DNA from: Utricularia gibba
Taxonomy: Eukaryota > Plantae > Magnoliophyta
Direction of reading: 5' to 3'
NCBI GenBank assembly: GCA_002189035.1
Contig: NEEC01000013.1
Span: 2,604,001-2,668,000 of the forward strand
Length of the DNA stretch: 64,000 bases
A program made the translations under genes and the position numbers. The notes under the pieces are model-generated. The model did not search any database. It saw nothing but the letters and a program-made list of their open reading frames with translations, and was not told the origin of the DNA. This document shows positions 50,870 through 62,135 of this stretch, in pieces (positions within the stretch are counted from its first letter, which is position 1; every line of letters begins with the position of its first letter).

Positions 50870-51787
50870 GTGGCGATTGAGGATCGAGAAAGCCCTGTTC
50901 GCGAAATCAGGCCTCCCTCCAAGTGCAGAATCATGGTAATCGAAAACCGGCGTTTTTTTTGCGATTTCTGTCTTTTTTGCGGGGGTTTTCAATTATGATG
51001 TGGTGTAGGGAGCTAGAGGGCCTGATGAAGAAGACAATCGGTGGCCGCCATGGCTGAAGCCTTTACTCAAAGAGCAGTTCTTCGTGCAGTGCAAACTCCA
51101 TGCCGATTCCCATAAAACAGAATGCAATATGTATTGCTTGGATTGCAGGAACGGCGCTCTCTGTTCCCTCTGTTTATCCCATCACAGAGACCACCGCGCC
51201 ATTCAGGTTAACCCCCCAATTCTGTTTCTTGAGCGTTGACTCCGGTTACAGAACTGGATTGAATCTGGGGTCGTTTGTCAACTGCAGATTCGGAGATCGT
51301 CCTACCACGATGTGATCAGAGTTTCTGAAATCCAAAAGTATCTGGACATATCCTCTGTTCAGACGTACATAATCAACAGCGCAAAAGTGGTGTTTCTCAA
51401 TGAGCGCCCCCAGCCCAGACCCGGAAAAGGGGTTACGAACATTTGTCATGTCTGCGATCGCAGCCTTCTCGATTCGTTCAGATTCTGCTCTCTGGGCTGC
51501 AAGGTCCTGTTTCCTCAATAACAATTCCTTGATGATCCTTCTATCCCCTGAATTTTATCCTCTGTTTTCAGATTGTTGGGGCATCCAAGCATTTTCAGAA
51601 GACGAAGAAGAACAAGATCGCGGCAGCGGATTCTGATGACTCTTACAGTAGCAGTATCAGTCACATTCATCCCACCGCCGGTTTTCCCAGCTTTTCACCC
51701 TCGACCCTTCCACCGGTGAATTACCGGACGGTCAAACGCCGGAAGGGTATTCCCCACAGAGCTCCAACCGGAGTTCTTGCCATATAA
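50870..51787 (+). CDS. PLATZ zinc-binding transcription factor; start at GTG 50870 or ATG 50933
   Basis: Exons 50870/50933..50935, 51009..51206, 51288..51503, 51572..51787: [30 protein letters not shown]|[58 protein letters not shown]. Confidence 0.95.
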
Positions 51788-51873
51788 AACGCACAAAAAA
51801 AGTACAGATCATCATGTTACATTCTCATATAGATGCAGCTGCAGGATAGATAGATGATACAGGGAAGAAAATA

Positions 51874-51902
51874 ACACACACACACACACACATACACACA
51901 CA
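51874..51902 (+). repeat. (AC)n microsatellite
   Basis: About 14 AC units with one interruption. Confidence 0.9.
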
Positions 51903-52005
51903 GGTTATCTCTGGATTGTGAAATGCCGGTCCGGCTCCGGACACTGCGCACCGTGATCTCCATTTGTGCTTGTAAATTAAGTACCCCAGAAAACTCACGG
52001 CGAGG

Positions 52006-52009
52006 CTGC

Positions 52010-52041
<32 letters not shown>
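52006..52041 (+). repeat. (CTG)n microsatellite
   Basis: CTGCTGCTT followed by (CTG)9. Confidence 0.9.
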
Positions 52042-52043
<2 letters not shown>

Positions 52044-52722
52044 AACCAGCTCTTCTGCGGGGGGAAGACGATAATAAGGCGTTCGCGCTCGTTGTACTTT
52101 GGTTGGATACACTACACATGTTCCCTTTCTTACATAACGCGCATGATTCCTCTGTCTTCTTCTTCTTGTTGTCTGCTTGAATCTTTTGGGGATGACCACC
52201 AAATCGGGGTGCTCCCCTCGTCCACGCTGACTCTTCCTTCTCCTTTCTGTATACACTGGATTTCATTACCGTCATGTCAACCCCTCCCTTATTTCTCCAA
52301 AAAATACGGGATAAAATTCTCTATCTTATTGTCTTAATCATAAAACTAGTACTCATTATTTAATAAAAATAGTACCTTTAACCCTTACGTCATACTTTGT
52401 CTTAATGTTGAATTTTTTATCATTAAATATTTTTTTAATTTTGGATAATTATATTATTAATTAAAGTATTGAATGAATATAAGCTCAAATTCGTCATGAC
52501 ATTATCTAAAATTGATTATGAATGGAGGAATATAGTGTTTAAATAAATAGATACTCCTAATTTGGTAATTTCTCCAAAAAGAAAAATATAAAATCATGAT
52601 ATTTAAATATTTGAAACGAATAATATCGTACAAAACATGAATCTTGATATTTGGTATTACAGTAAAATCCGATACACATACCAATGATGGGACAAAGGAC
52701 ACTTAACAATAACGTTGAATTA

Positions 52723-52764
52723 TTACATTCTCTCCTACAATAGTGTAAATAGGAGAGAATGTAA
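52723..52764. repeat. Perfect 15-bp inverted repeat with 12-bp spacer
   Basis: TTACATTCTCTCCTA (52723..52737) and TAGGAGAGAATGTAA (52750..52764) are exact reverse complements. Confidence 0.9.
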
Positions 52765-53941
52765 GATTAGAAATTTAGTGTCAATATGCTACATTCGTTA
52801 CAGAGGAGTAGTAAACATATTTAATAGAGTTACTCAATTATTAATTAAAAAAGAGATAAATTAGGAAGCAATAATGCCATAATTGGAAGCCAATTATTCT
52901 AATTATTGAAAATAGTGATTGTCATTTACGTCAATTATTTTTTAAAATAGTGAAGATTAACAATGAAAATTTTTGAAATAATAGGAATGGAATTTTCAAA
53001 TAATGTGGAGGATGGACATTGAACTAATTTTGTCATTTAGTGGATTATCCAGCAATTAATCCAAAATTAAAGAGAGGGAAATGAGGTGTCGTTTAGTACA
53101 CGGAGTGGGGCCCGAAATTAAATTAAAATAAAAAAAGGGGACGATGCACGAAATTGCTGTATTTGGAAGCTTGTGTTTATAACTTGAAATGTGGTGGGGC
53201 CCTGGGACGACACGGCGTCGTTCGGTTTTGGGTTCTTTCTTCCCGCGGAAGCATCTGATCCAATGGCGTTGGTGAATAAATGCTCTGGGCCTGACGCCAC
53301 ACCAACAAAGACTGCGATCCAATTAAAAGGAAGTTGCACACTTGGCTTATCAAAAAGTTTAATTTTTGTAGATTATAATCTTTACTAATAAAATCAGAAA
53401 TTTAGATTCTGAAATTAATTTTTGAAATTATTAAATTTTTATTTTAGAAATTGAATAATACATTAATTTTCTAATAATTTAATATATTAATTTTTATAAT
53501 ATAATTATATATTATCACACAAAATAATCTTATAATCTTAAATTTATTATATTCATATAATTTTAAAATTGGTTTTATTTTATATAATTTAAAATACAGC
53601 TTTAAATTACATAACAAACTACCTTTTCTTTGGGATTCAGAACAAATAATTTATAAGAATTATTTTCAATAAAATAGAAGTTGAAACTTATATTTTATTA
53701 AAAATAAGAAAATAATTATAAATTTTGATTAGTTTATGTTTGTTGTCAAAACTGTTTTTTTATCTTCTCATCTTCAATCTCCCTCATTTTTTGAATCAAG
53801 TTCTATTTTGAGGGCTTCTTCTCAATGATGCTAAATGTGCATCCCTATGGTTTCCAAAACCCTACCCATTGCTTCAATCTGATTCAAATTCAATGCTTGT
53901 TTCCTTCACTGCCAACTTTTAAAAGTAAAAAAAGCAGGTTA

Positions 53942-55133
53942 TCATCCCTCAAGTAGATTTACAAGCATGTGATGAACAGCCCCACAAATGTCATCTGCAC
54001 AAGTGAGCCTGCATCCTTCTTCCACCTACAACCAGGAAAACCACACAAAAGTTACAGTTTTTTTTAAAGATTGTGTTTTTACTTTTGTAGGGGAGAAACC
54101 CATGTGTTTTTTAGTTACAGAAAATGATTTTGACAAAAAAAAAGCACATTTCAGGGATGACTTGCACATGGAGGAGTAAATGTTTGAAACTCAATCCCCA
54201 AAGTGCTCCTTGTGGTAAATGTACAGAGGAGAAAGCAAGCAAAGGGGATTCTTTTGCATGGTTGTGTCATTTTCCAAAGGTCTTGTTTTGTTATCTTTTC
54301 TGGCGTTGTGAGAATTCCGTTTTTCATTTGCTGGGAATCTGTGTTGAGTAGAGTAAATGCAACTGGATTTGGATGCTGAAAGGAGGAGTACCTTAGCGCT
54401 GATAGTATAGAGAATGAGGGGTTCGAAACTGCTGACGTTGAGATGAAGGATGGAGAGCAGGGCGGCGCGAAAGGAGAGGACGAGCCGGGAGAGGTGACAC
54501 CGCCGGCACAGGATTCTGATGTTGGCGTGGGTTTCGATCAACGTGACTTCGATATCGGCGACGGCGGCTTTGGTTTGGGAGACGCACTTGTGGCCCAATT
54601 GGCTGGTTTGCGGGGATAAGAAGAACTGCGAAAATGGGTTCTCTTCCCCGCGGCCGGAGACGCCCACGCCGGCGGTGACATTTTTCGCTTGTAGCGTTTG
54701 CAGAATGTGCTCCAATTCCTTCACAAACTCAATCGCTCCACCCACAATCGACGCCTGATCCCCCTACAAAACCGAAGTTCAAGAAGCCGATTGCCTAAAT
54801 CAAAACGCATTAACAGTAGGGGACTCGAGATGCTACTCTGTGCACATATGATTCCGGCATGAGAGACCGGAGAACAGCCAGATGCTCATTCATTTGCTTA
54901 CGCCGGTTTCTCTCAACAGCAATGTGGGTCATTCTCCGCGTCTCCGCCTCCTCCTTGTTCTTACAAATCTTGGGTCGTCGGCGGCGCTTCTTCCGGGGAA
55001 GTAAACCGGGTTCCGACGACGGCGGCGGAGGAGCGGGCACTTGTGTGTCATCGAAACCAGGGACTGGAGCAAAGGTAGAGTCGTAGATGAAGTAATTCAA
55101 GATCTCGGCGGAGGAGAGAGCTTCCAGAGCCAT
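53942..55133 (-). CDS. bHLH subgroup Ia transcription factor (bHLH71/FAMA-like)
   Basis: Exons 55133..54837, 54763..54392, 54025..53942: [46 protein letters not shown]|[56 protein letters not shown]. Confidence 0.92.
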
Positions 55134-55290
55134 GAAAACTGAAACTGAACGGTAAAGAGAACGGGATTGTGGTATTATATATAGCAATTATTTATTTAAG
55201 AAAATTAATTTTCGAGAATTATTTATAATTGTAAAATTTGATTTTTTTAATTAAAATTTATTTATATTCAGGAAGACCATAGTTTCGTTT

Positions 55291-56242
55291 CTAGCTCTGT
55301 GTTTCTTCCTTAATCTCACCAAAAGCGGTGCAGCTCTTGCTGGAGCCATGGCCTCTGATGATGCGGGACTTGACGTCTTCAGGTAATCTCAACAAGTACC
55401 TGTCTCCCTCTTCTTCTTCTCGACTTCTGACGATGGAATGCCCTGTGGAATGCGATCTGGGAAACTTGCCGGCGTCCATTTCCTCATGTTTGTCCCGTTC
55501 TCCGATCGAAAGAGCAGAGTCTCCTTGCCTGTACTTTCTGTCATCTTCGTTTTCATCATTGATTGTGATCCTGCAGCTGCTATCTTCGACATGGGTGCTC
55601 CCTACTCCAAACACTGAGATCGCTGGAGATTTCAATGGGGATCGTATCTGTTGAAGAAACGGCAGCAGAATGAGGTTTGATGATGACAAGAGCATTTAGT
55701 CCCAGGAAAACGTTCCAATGTTACCTGCGAGTCGAGATTTCTCCGGCAAACAGGGCATGATTTGTGGGTTTCGAGCCACAGATCGATGCATTCTTGATGG
55801 AAGACATGGCAGCACGGGGTGAGGAGACGGAGGATGTCGGCGGAGCGGAATTCGACCAGACAAATGGCGCACTCCAGCCCATATTTTTCTTTCCGATACT
55901 CCTTGACAGCAGAATAAGGGAAAGTGGGAAAAGACTGTACTATTGAGGTATCAAGGCCCCCCGGATTCACGGCGGCGTTAGGCGTCATGGCGGGGGTGTG
56001 GCGGAGATGCCACGTGTACAGTACATTCTGCATGAAACAACGGCAAAAGTATATTGAAAAGAAACCGACGAAGAAACATACGAGAAGCGCGACTGTGAGG
56101 ATGATGGTGATAGGGGGTATGAATGCGACGGCGGTGGTGGGTGATGATGGGAAGGTGGCTCGACGGAATATTTTGCGGAGACGATCCAAACTGGCCGGAA
56201 AGTGTACGATTCTACCGTGGTGGATTGGTCGTACCGAATCAT
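55291..56242 (-). CDS. ATL-family RING-H2 E3 ubiquitin ligase (ATL29/30-like); apparent 1-nt frameshift and one intron
   Basis: TM segment PPITIILTVALLVCFFVGFFSIYFCRCF, GLD motif, RING-H2 CAICLVEF..CCHVFHQECIDLWL..HKSCPVCR, tail FPRSHSTGHSIV..LRLPE. The ATG-bearing frame joins only if a C run (56113..56117) gains one base; a 77-nt GT-AG intron lies at 55648..55724. Confidence 0.85.
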
Positions 56243-56999
56243 GTGAGTAATGGGGTTCGGAGGAGAGCTGGTCGGAAAAATTGGTTGTGGTAGAGGAACC
56301 AGACAGAGAAGGAGAGAAAAAGAAGCCGTGAGTTTCTGAAGCTGGGGCAAGCACTGAAAGAAATTAACAGAAAGAATGCCCATTTGGGCTTCTTCAGTAG
56401 GCCCAATTCCACTTTTATTACAATTTAAAATTACTTCTAATACACAATAAATAAAATTAACAAATAAGTCATATGGTTAATTTTGGAATAATTTATGTGG
56501 CCTAGATTAGTAGTGATGGACAATGGAGAATTAGGGTTCGATTTAGGAGCGGAGAATTTGAGAAAAGATTACCACATCCAGGTAAACCTATAAATTATCA
56601 AATCATGATACGAAATATTAATAATAGAAAATAACAATATCGGACTCAACGAGTTTGATAATTAGAATGAGTATAATCTAAATTCCTTAAATAAGAATCT
56701 ATTAGATGAAATATCTATACAAACCTTGTCCTTTCATTTTCTTGATTCATGATAATTAGAATGTTTAATTAAAACAAAGTATTGGAAGTAATTCTAAATA
56801 ATGTTATTAATTAATATTAATGATTTATATTTTTTAAATTTAAAAATATAATGAAGAGTTGGTAATTCGACAGGCGCTCGCCGGAGAGTGAAACCAAACC
56901 GCGAGCGGTTGCCCGCAGCTTTCTTCGTCAGCTTCACTGTTATTCGATGTGCTGGGCAGAATTGTAACGTGTTTTTACCAGCCGTTAGTCAACGAGAGT

Positions 57000-57142
57000 C
57001 GACGTGGCCGGAGACTTCGCCTTCTCCGCGTGAAACCGGGTCCCCAGATGTTCACGGCGTTTGCTTCCTTCTTCTTTCTGGTTCGTGTTGCTCTCCGACC
57101 CCACGGCCCATGGTTTGCAGGCTGCCACTGCTACATATATAC
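57000..57142 (+). promoter_or_regulatory. ABRE plus CE3-like element and TATA-like box upstream of the TPR gene
   Basis: GACGTGGC near 57000, CCGCGTG near 57026, CATATATAC near 57134. Confidence 0.4.
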
Positions 57143-57175
57143 CAACACTCCCGCCTTGAAGGGTCACGGTAAAGC

Positions 57176-57895
57176 ATGGAATCTCTACTTCAGCGGTCGT
57201 TCTCTACGGCGGCTCCGGTCCAGATACCGGTGAGGCCCTCTCCAAGTACATGGTGCTCTGCCTGTTCCACCTTCTCGGGCGACAAGATTTCGATTAAGCA
57301 CCGCACCAGCCGCCTCCACTTCTCCAAACCCCTATCCAAATGCACGGCCTCGAGACCGTTTAGATCGTCCACGGCGTCGATAGCGCCGGAGAAGACAAGG
57401 TTGACGCGAATGCCCGGCGGAGATAGGCGTAGGATGCGATGTTACTACGAAGAAATGCTCAGATTGGAGCCCACAAACGCCCTAATCTTGAGCAATTACG
57501 GCAAGTACCTCCACGAGGTACTTGAATCCGGCAATTCCGACTCCTTCTGGAACAAAAATCCCTTTTTTTTCTGGGATTACTGATTCATTTATACAGGTTG
57601 AAGGAGACCTGGTGAAAGCCCAGCATTACTACGGAAAGGCGATCTTAGCGAGCCCAGGGGACGGAGAGGTGCTTTCCCTGTACGCGAGATTGGTGTGGGA
57701 ATTGCAGAGAGACGAAAACAGAGCTGCCTCGTATTTCGACCAAGCCGTCAAGGCTTGTCCGAATGACAGGTTTCTGTTCTTCGACAAAGGGTGTATTATT
57801 CATTTTCTGTGTCTGGGATCTGAGTAATCATCGGTTTACGCAGTGCGATATTGGGTTCCTATGCACTTTTCCTGTGGGAATCAGAAGCTGAGTGA
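57176..57895 (+). CDS. Tetratricopeptide-repeat (TPR)-like protein
   Basis: Exons 57176..57517, 57597..57769, 57844..57895: YYEEMLRLEPTNALILSNYGKYLHE|VEGDLVKAQHYYGKAILASPGDGEVLSLYARLVWE..YFDQAVKA.P.D|SAILGSYALFLWE*. Confidence 0.9.
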
Positions 57896-58206
57896 ATCAT
57901 GAGCCATAAGACTACCGGTGAAAGCTGTAGCATCCAAAACGAAGACGTTGATCGGAAGTAACAGAGAGATGCAAAGAAACCGCCGGCAAGCCCTGCCCCT
58001 GCATTCAGGGCCGGCGGCGATGTTGAAAGGGTGGCGGATGCTTCTGTAATTATGCTAATCAAAAGAGAGAAATGAATTGGAGTGTTAGGCTCCATAGATA
58101 CATGAAGAAGAGTCAATTCCCTTTTCAATGTAATCTTCCATGACTAACATTCAGCATGAGCTTCTCGGAAGTTACACCAGATGGCGTTACACCTTGACTC
58201 ATCTTC

Positions 58207-60469
58207 CTATCTAGACTTCCTTGTCTTCTTCTTCCCAGAGCTTTGAGGTGTACGATCAGCAAGCTTTCGCTTCGACCCCACCTTCGCCGCCTGCCGGGCC
58301 TTCTCCTTCCGTGCAGCCACGGCGGGTCTTTTATGCGTCCGGACTTTTGTCCATTCTTTGGGCTCCGGCGGGGGGTTTGGCCTTGCTTTTGCCTGCGATG
58401 GATTCTTACCGTGAGACCCTGATTTGCTGGCACGCAGGCCCTGGTATGAAGCTGTAGCAGGCCTCTTAGAAGTGGAGTCAAATTCAAAAGAGTTGTTCTT
58501 CCTCTTCGAGGGAGTTTCCATGGATTTGGCGTGACTAAGCCTCAGCTCACGATCACGGATCTTCAAGTTGCGTTTCTTGAGAACCAGATTTGCATCATCC
58601 TTCACAGTCAAGATGCATGAATCAGAGAAACAGTCTACATTACAACAACACAAATAATGAACACCAACATTCTCTGGTACGAGATGCATTGTTGAAATCT
58701 GAGCATTTTGACCAAAACAGAGGAAAAAAACTACCGTTGGGTTCAGTCAAGAGAATTCATTCAGAGTAGACAAATTTCGGCTGAGCCACACAGACCCTAT
58801 GGTACCACATAAGGTTCAAGAAGCGAAAAAAGCATGAACACAAAGAACTACAGTTGGGCCGCGGCAAAAGCTTCCTTGCAGTTAGATTTGGTGTGATGCA
58901 ATGAGGTTGCATGGAATTATTCTTGATGAACAGACAGTAGGGCAAATACCCCAAAGAATGCATGAAAGGAATGCATAAGAGTTGATAAGAAAGCAGATTG
59001 TACCATGGTCTTGAACAATACATAGGCAATCCCCTTTCCCACACTTGAAGCAGGATCCCTAATGACTCGAATAGCTTCAATGCTTGATTCGAGGTTCTTG
59101 AAACTAGAAAACAGCTGGTAAACTTCTTCATCCTGAAACAAACGAAAAAAGTAAACTACTGCACTAGTTGAAAAAGCAAAACAAAGTAACCGCTCAGATA
59201 AACTAACCTTCACATCAAATGGAAGGTTTCCAACGAATATAGTCCTCTTCTTGTCATATAACACCGAATTATCTCCCTTCAGTTTTTTTCGTGGTGGGCA
59301 TGCCACGTCAACACGAATGTGATTCTCACCAACCTAAACAAGAACATAAGGTAAGGTCTTTTGCTCTCTTCAAGTGTGTAAAAAGCATGAATATTAAGAG
59401 CGTACCAGGGCCATATTATGCGCCAATGATTCTTGCGCAGACTGTTCTGTTTTGAAAACAATATAGGCGTGAACACTGCAAGGATAACAACAATACAAAT
59501 AACTGAACTGAGCAATTTTCCAACACAGAGGAAAAAGAAAACATCAAAATGGTTGGACCCGAAAACCAAAGAAATAAAAACAACAAACCTATTTCCATTT
59601 TCATTGAATTTCTTCGTAATCACAGCGCCTTTCCTGGGCATTTTGCCCTGCAACAAAAAAAAAAAAAAAAAACATTTTGTAATACCAAGAAACTCAAACG
59701 ACAATCAAGTAAGATGCTGGAAACTTACATCGACAATTGGCACAGATCGAATCCTTACGGACTCAACTTCACCAAACTTTTCAAAAAGCTTCTTTAACTC
59801 TTTCTTTTTCATCGTCAGCGGCAAATTTCCCACAAATATAGTCCTCCTGAGCTTGTTTTCATCGTCAAAACTCTCTTTTGACACTACCATATCCTCTGGA
59901 TTATCTACTGTCTTCCTTTTCTGGCCAACCGTGGTGCTTTTTCCGACATTGTCCTTCTCTTCGGATGCCACCCCAAAATGTCTCGCATCATATTCAGCCT
60001 CTAGTTCATCCCGTTTCCTCTTCTTCCTTCTCTTGTGCTCAAGGTCACCACTACTCATGTTGCAATTCTCCAAGATATGAACAACTCCCTTCTCAGTGGA
60101 CTTGTTTTCATCCCTTTCACGGCTTTGAAAATGACCCTTCAATTTCTTCTCCTTCCTCTCAGCAACCTCTGTTTGAAGATCGGAAATTTCTCTCTTTCCA
60201 TCAGCTTTTCCATTTCCATCCTGCACCTCCGTTCCCAAAGAACTTGAATTTCCCTTTCCATCATCCTTATCTCCCACCCGCCGTTCAATTTTGAGATTCT
60301 CCAACTGGTGCTCCACCTTTTTCCTTCTAAAAGGATTACTCTCCGAGAACACAGAATCACCGACAACTTTTTCGCGATACTCCCCAAAAAGAGAATCGAA
60401 AACCGTCGGAGAACTCAAGTTCTGTTGCGCGTTCTCAGAAAGAGATGGATCTTTCCGTTTTTTCCCCAT
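58207..60469 (-). CDS. Two-RRM nucleolar RNA-binding protein (RBM34/Nop12-like)
   Basis: Six exons: MGKKRK..FSESNPFRRK, RRTIFVGNLP..KFGEVESVRIRSVP, SVHAYIVF, HIRVDVACPP..KRTIFVGNLPFDVK|DEE..IEAIRVIRDP..GKGIAYVLF, DRELRLSHAK, Lys/Arg-rich tail. Confidence 0.9.
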
Positions 60470-60525
60470 CTTCCGCTTCCAAGCCAGGCGAAATCTTTCA
60501 CCAAAGAGACGACAAGAGAAAAACA

Positions 60526-60533
60526 AAACCCTA
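60526..60533. promoter_or_regulatory. Telo-box upstream of the RBM34-like gene
   Basis: AAACCCTA about 60 bp upstream of the ATG of a ribosome-biogenesis-type gene. Confidence 0.55.
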
Positions 60534-61037
60534 GTTTGCGCAGAATACCGGCTAACTAGTATTAAAAGACAGTGTTACCCCTACGATGCAGATCTAACCC
60601 ACAAACGAAGCTGGTATTATATTTGTTTTCTGAGCAACAAAAATATAAATTTTGTAATTGGAAAGGCCGCCACGCTTCAATTTTATTAAAAATATAAATA
60701 AACGTAATATAAAATAGGGGATACGCAAGAAAGATCAATTTTAGTTAATTAATTGGATTTTTACTCTTATAAATTCACATAATATAATTTTAAAACCCTA
60801 GAAAACCATGATCCAATTCAATTGTGATTAGGTGGAATTCATCCCAATTCAATTTAAGGCCCGTTTAAGTTTTTTAAACACTGTTTTGTGATAAGATGCA
60901 TAAATATCTCAGTTCAAGAGGAGGTATAAATGAGGCACCGCCATTCACCGTTCTTGTGGTGTAAGTTCCTCAGCTGCCGTTGAAAAGAAAAAAAACCGTC
61001 CTGCACAGCTTGAGGCAGAAGCAGGATAGAACTACTG

Positions 61038-61428
61038 CTATATTCTTGCATCTGAATGATGGCTGATCGATCTTGTTCGTCGCGAAAAGAGGTGGATGCG
61101 AGATCGAGGCCCCTCGTACATCCAGTTATCTTCATCCAGCGATTTCACCTCTTTGTTCAGTTGATCCATGACCTCGGATTTCAGATCTGGAAATATATAA
61201 ACCAAGAACGAGGCTCTATTTTGATGCTCTCTCCATATGAATCAGGCGCTTCCAACATGCCATCACAATCACGGTTGAGCTAAAAAAAAAAAAAAAAGCA
61301 AGCAGCTTACCAAGAAGAGTGCGGCTGTTGCGATCCTGAATCGAAGTCAGGTTAGCATCAGGTAACCCGTTCTTCAATCTATTGAGTTCTTCAGCGGTCA
61401 TCGACGACGCAGCCATCACTTCCGACAT
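61038..61428 (-). CDS. SAMBA: SAMBA, plant-specific APC/C regulator
   Basis: Exons 61428..61311 and 61186..61038: SIQDR..L|DLKSEVMDQLNKEVKSLDEDNWMYEGPRSRIHLFSRR matches the recalled SAMBA core LDKEVKSLEEDSWMFEGPRSRIHLISRR. Site II motifs lie at 61488-61565. The start codon is uncertain. Confidence 0.85.
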
Positions 61429-62135
61429 CGACGTACCCCAGTCCCGGTGCTCGTTCCAAGTGCCCCTTACCACACTCTAGGGCAAAATTGGGGCCAAATG
61501 TATGTCATAGGCACAAGCCTTAGCCCGAGTTGGGCCGCTCGCAAACTCCAGTTGAGCCCAGCCCAGCATCATGATCTGTATATTATTTTCGTTAAGAAAT
61601 TTACTATTAATTTATTAACTGAGAAATTAATTAGGTACTACAAAGCCTTGTTTTCTAATTGTAATTTAATATTTTTATAAAAAAAATATAAACAAATAGA
61701 GGATTCAATCACGATAAAATCATGTAAAATCATAACGTGTTTGGATGATTTTTTTGTCTATTTAAAATGCTTATTTTCAAGCCCTTCAAGTTTCAAGGGC
61801 GAGTTCAGCATGGCAGCAACAAAAATGAATGCAGCTTGGAGACAATACAAACACATAAACAAATGAGTATAGATCTTCAACACCTACACATAAAAGCACT
61901 TGAACAAATGGAAGCAACGGTTTTGTTTGATCCATTACAATGAGAATGTACAGGCAGCACATACCGGCGATGCTGCTATCCCTTGCATTGCATGGCGCCA
62001 TTCTCCAGATATAAATTCATACATTCAACCACACACAAAGACACATAGCGGCGGCTGCTCCAGTCACAGACTTTGGTTATGCGGATGTGAGCATCGACCG
62101 GCTCAGGGGTGTTTTGATTCTTGGGGCAATCATCA

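Noticed and set aside
59433-60689. Long plus-strand ORFs (215, 138 and 132 aa), and similar ones at 7235..7651 and 42634..44018
   Set aside because: These are antisense shadows of real coding exons (RBM34-like, XPF, MYC2).
60527-62135. MIR160, expected from recalled Arabidopsis synteny near the RRM and SYP22 genes
   Set aside because: I found no TGCCTGGCTCCCTGTATGCCA or its complement here or elsewhere by eye.
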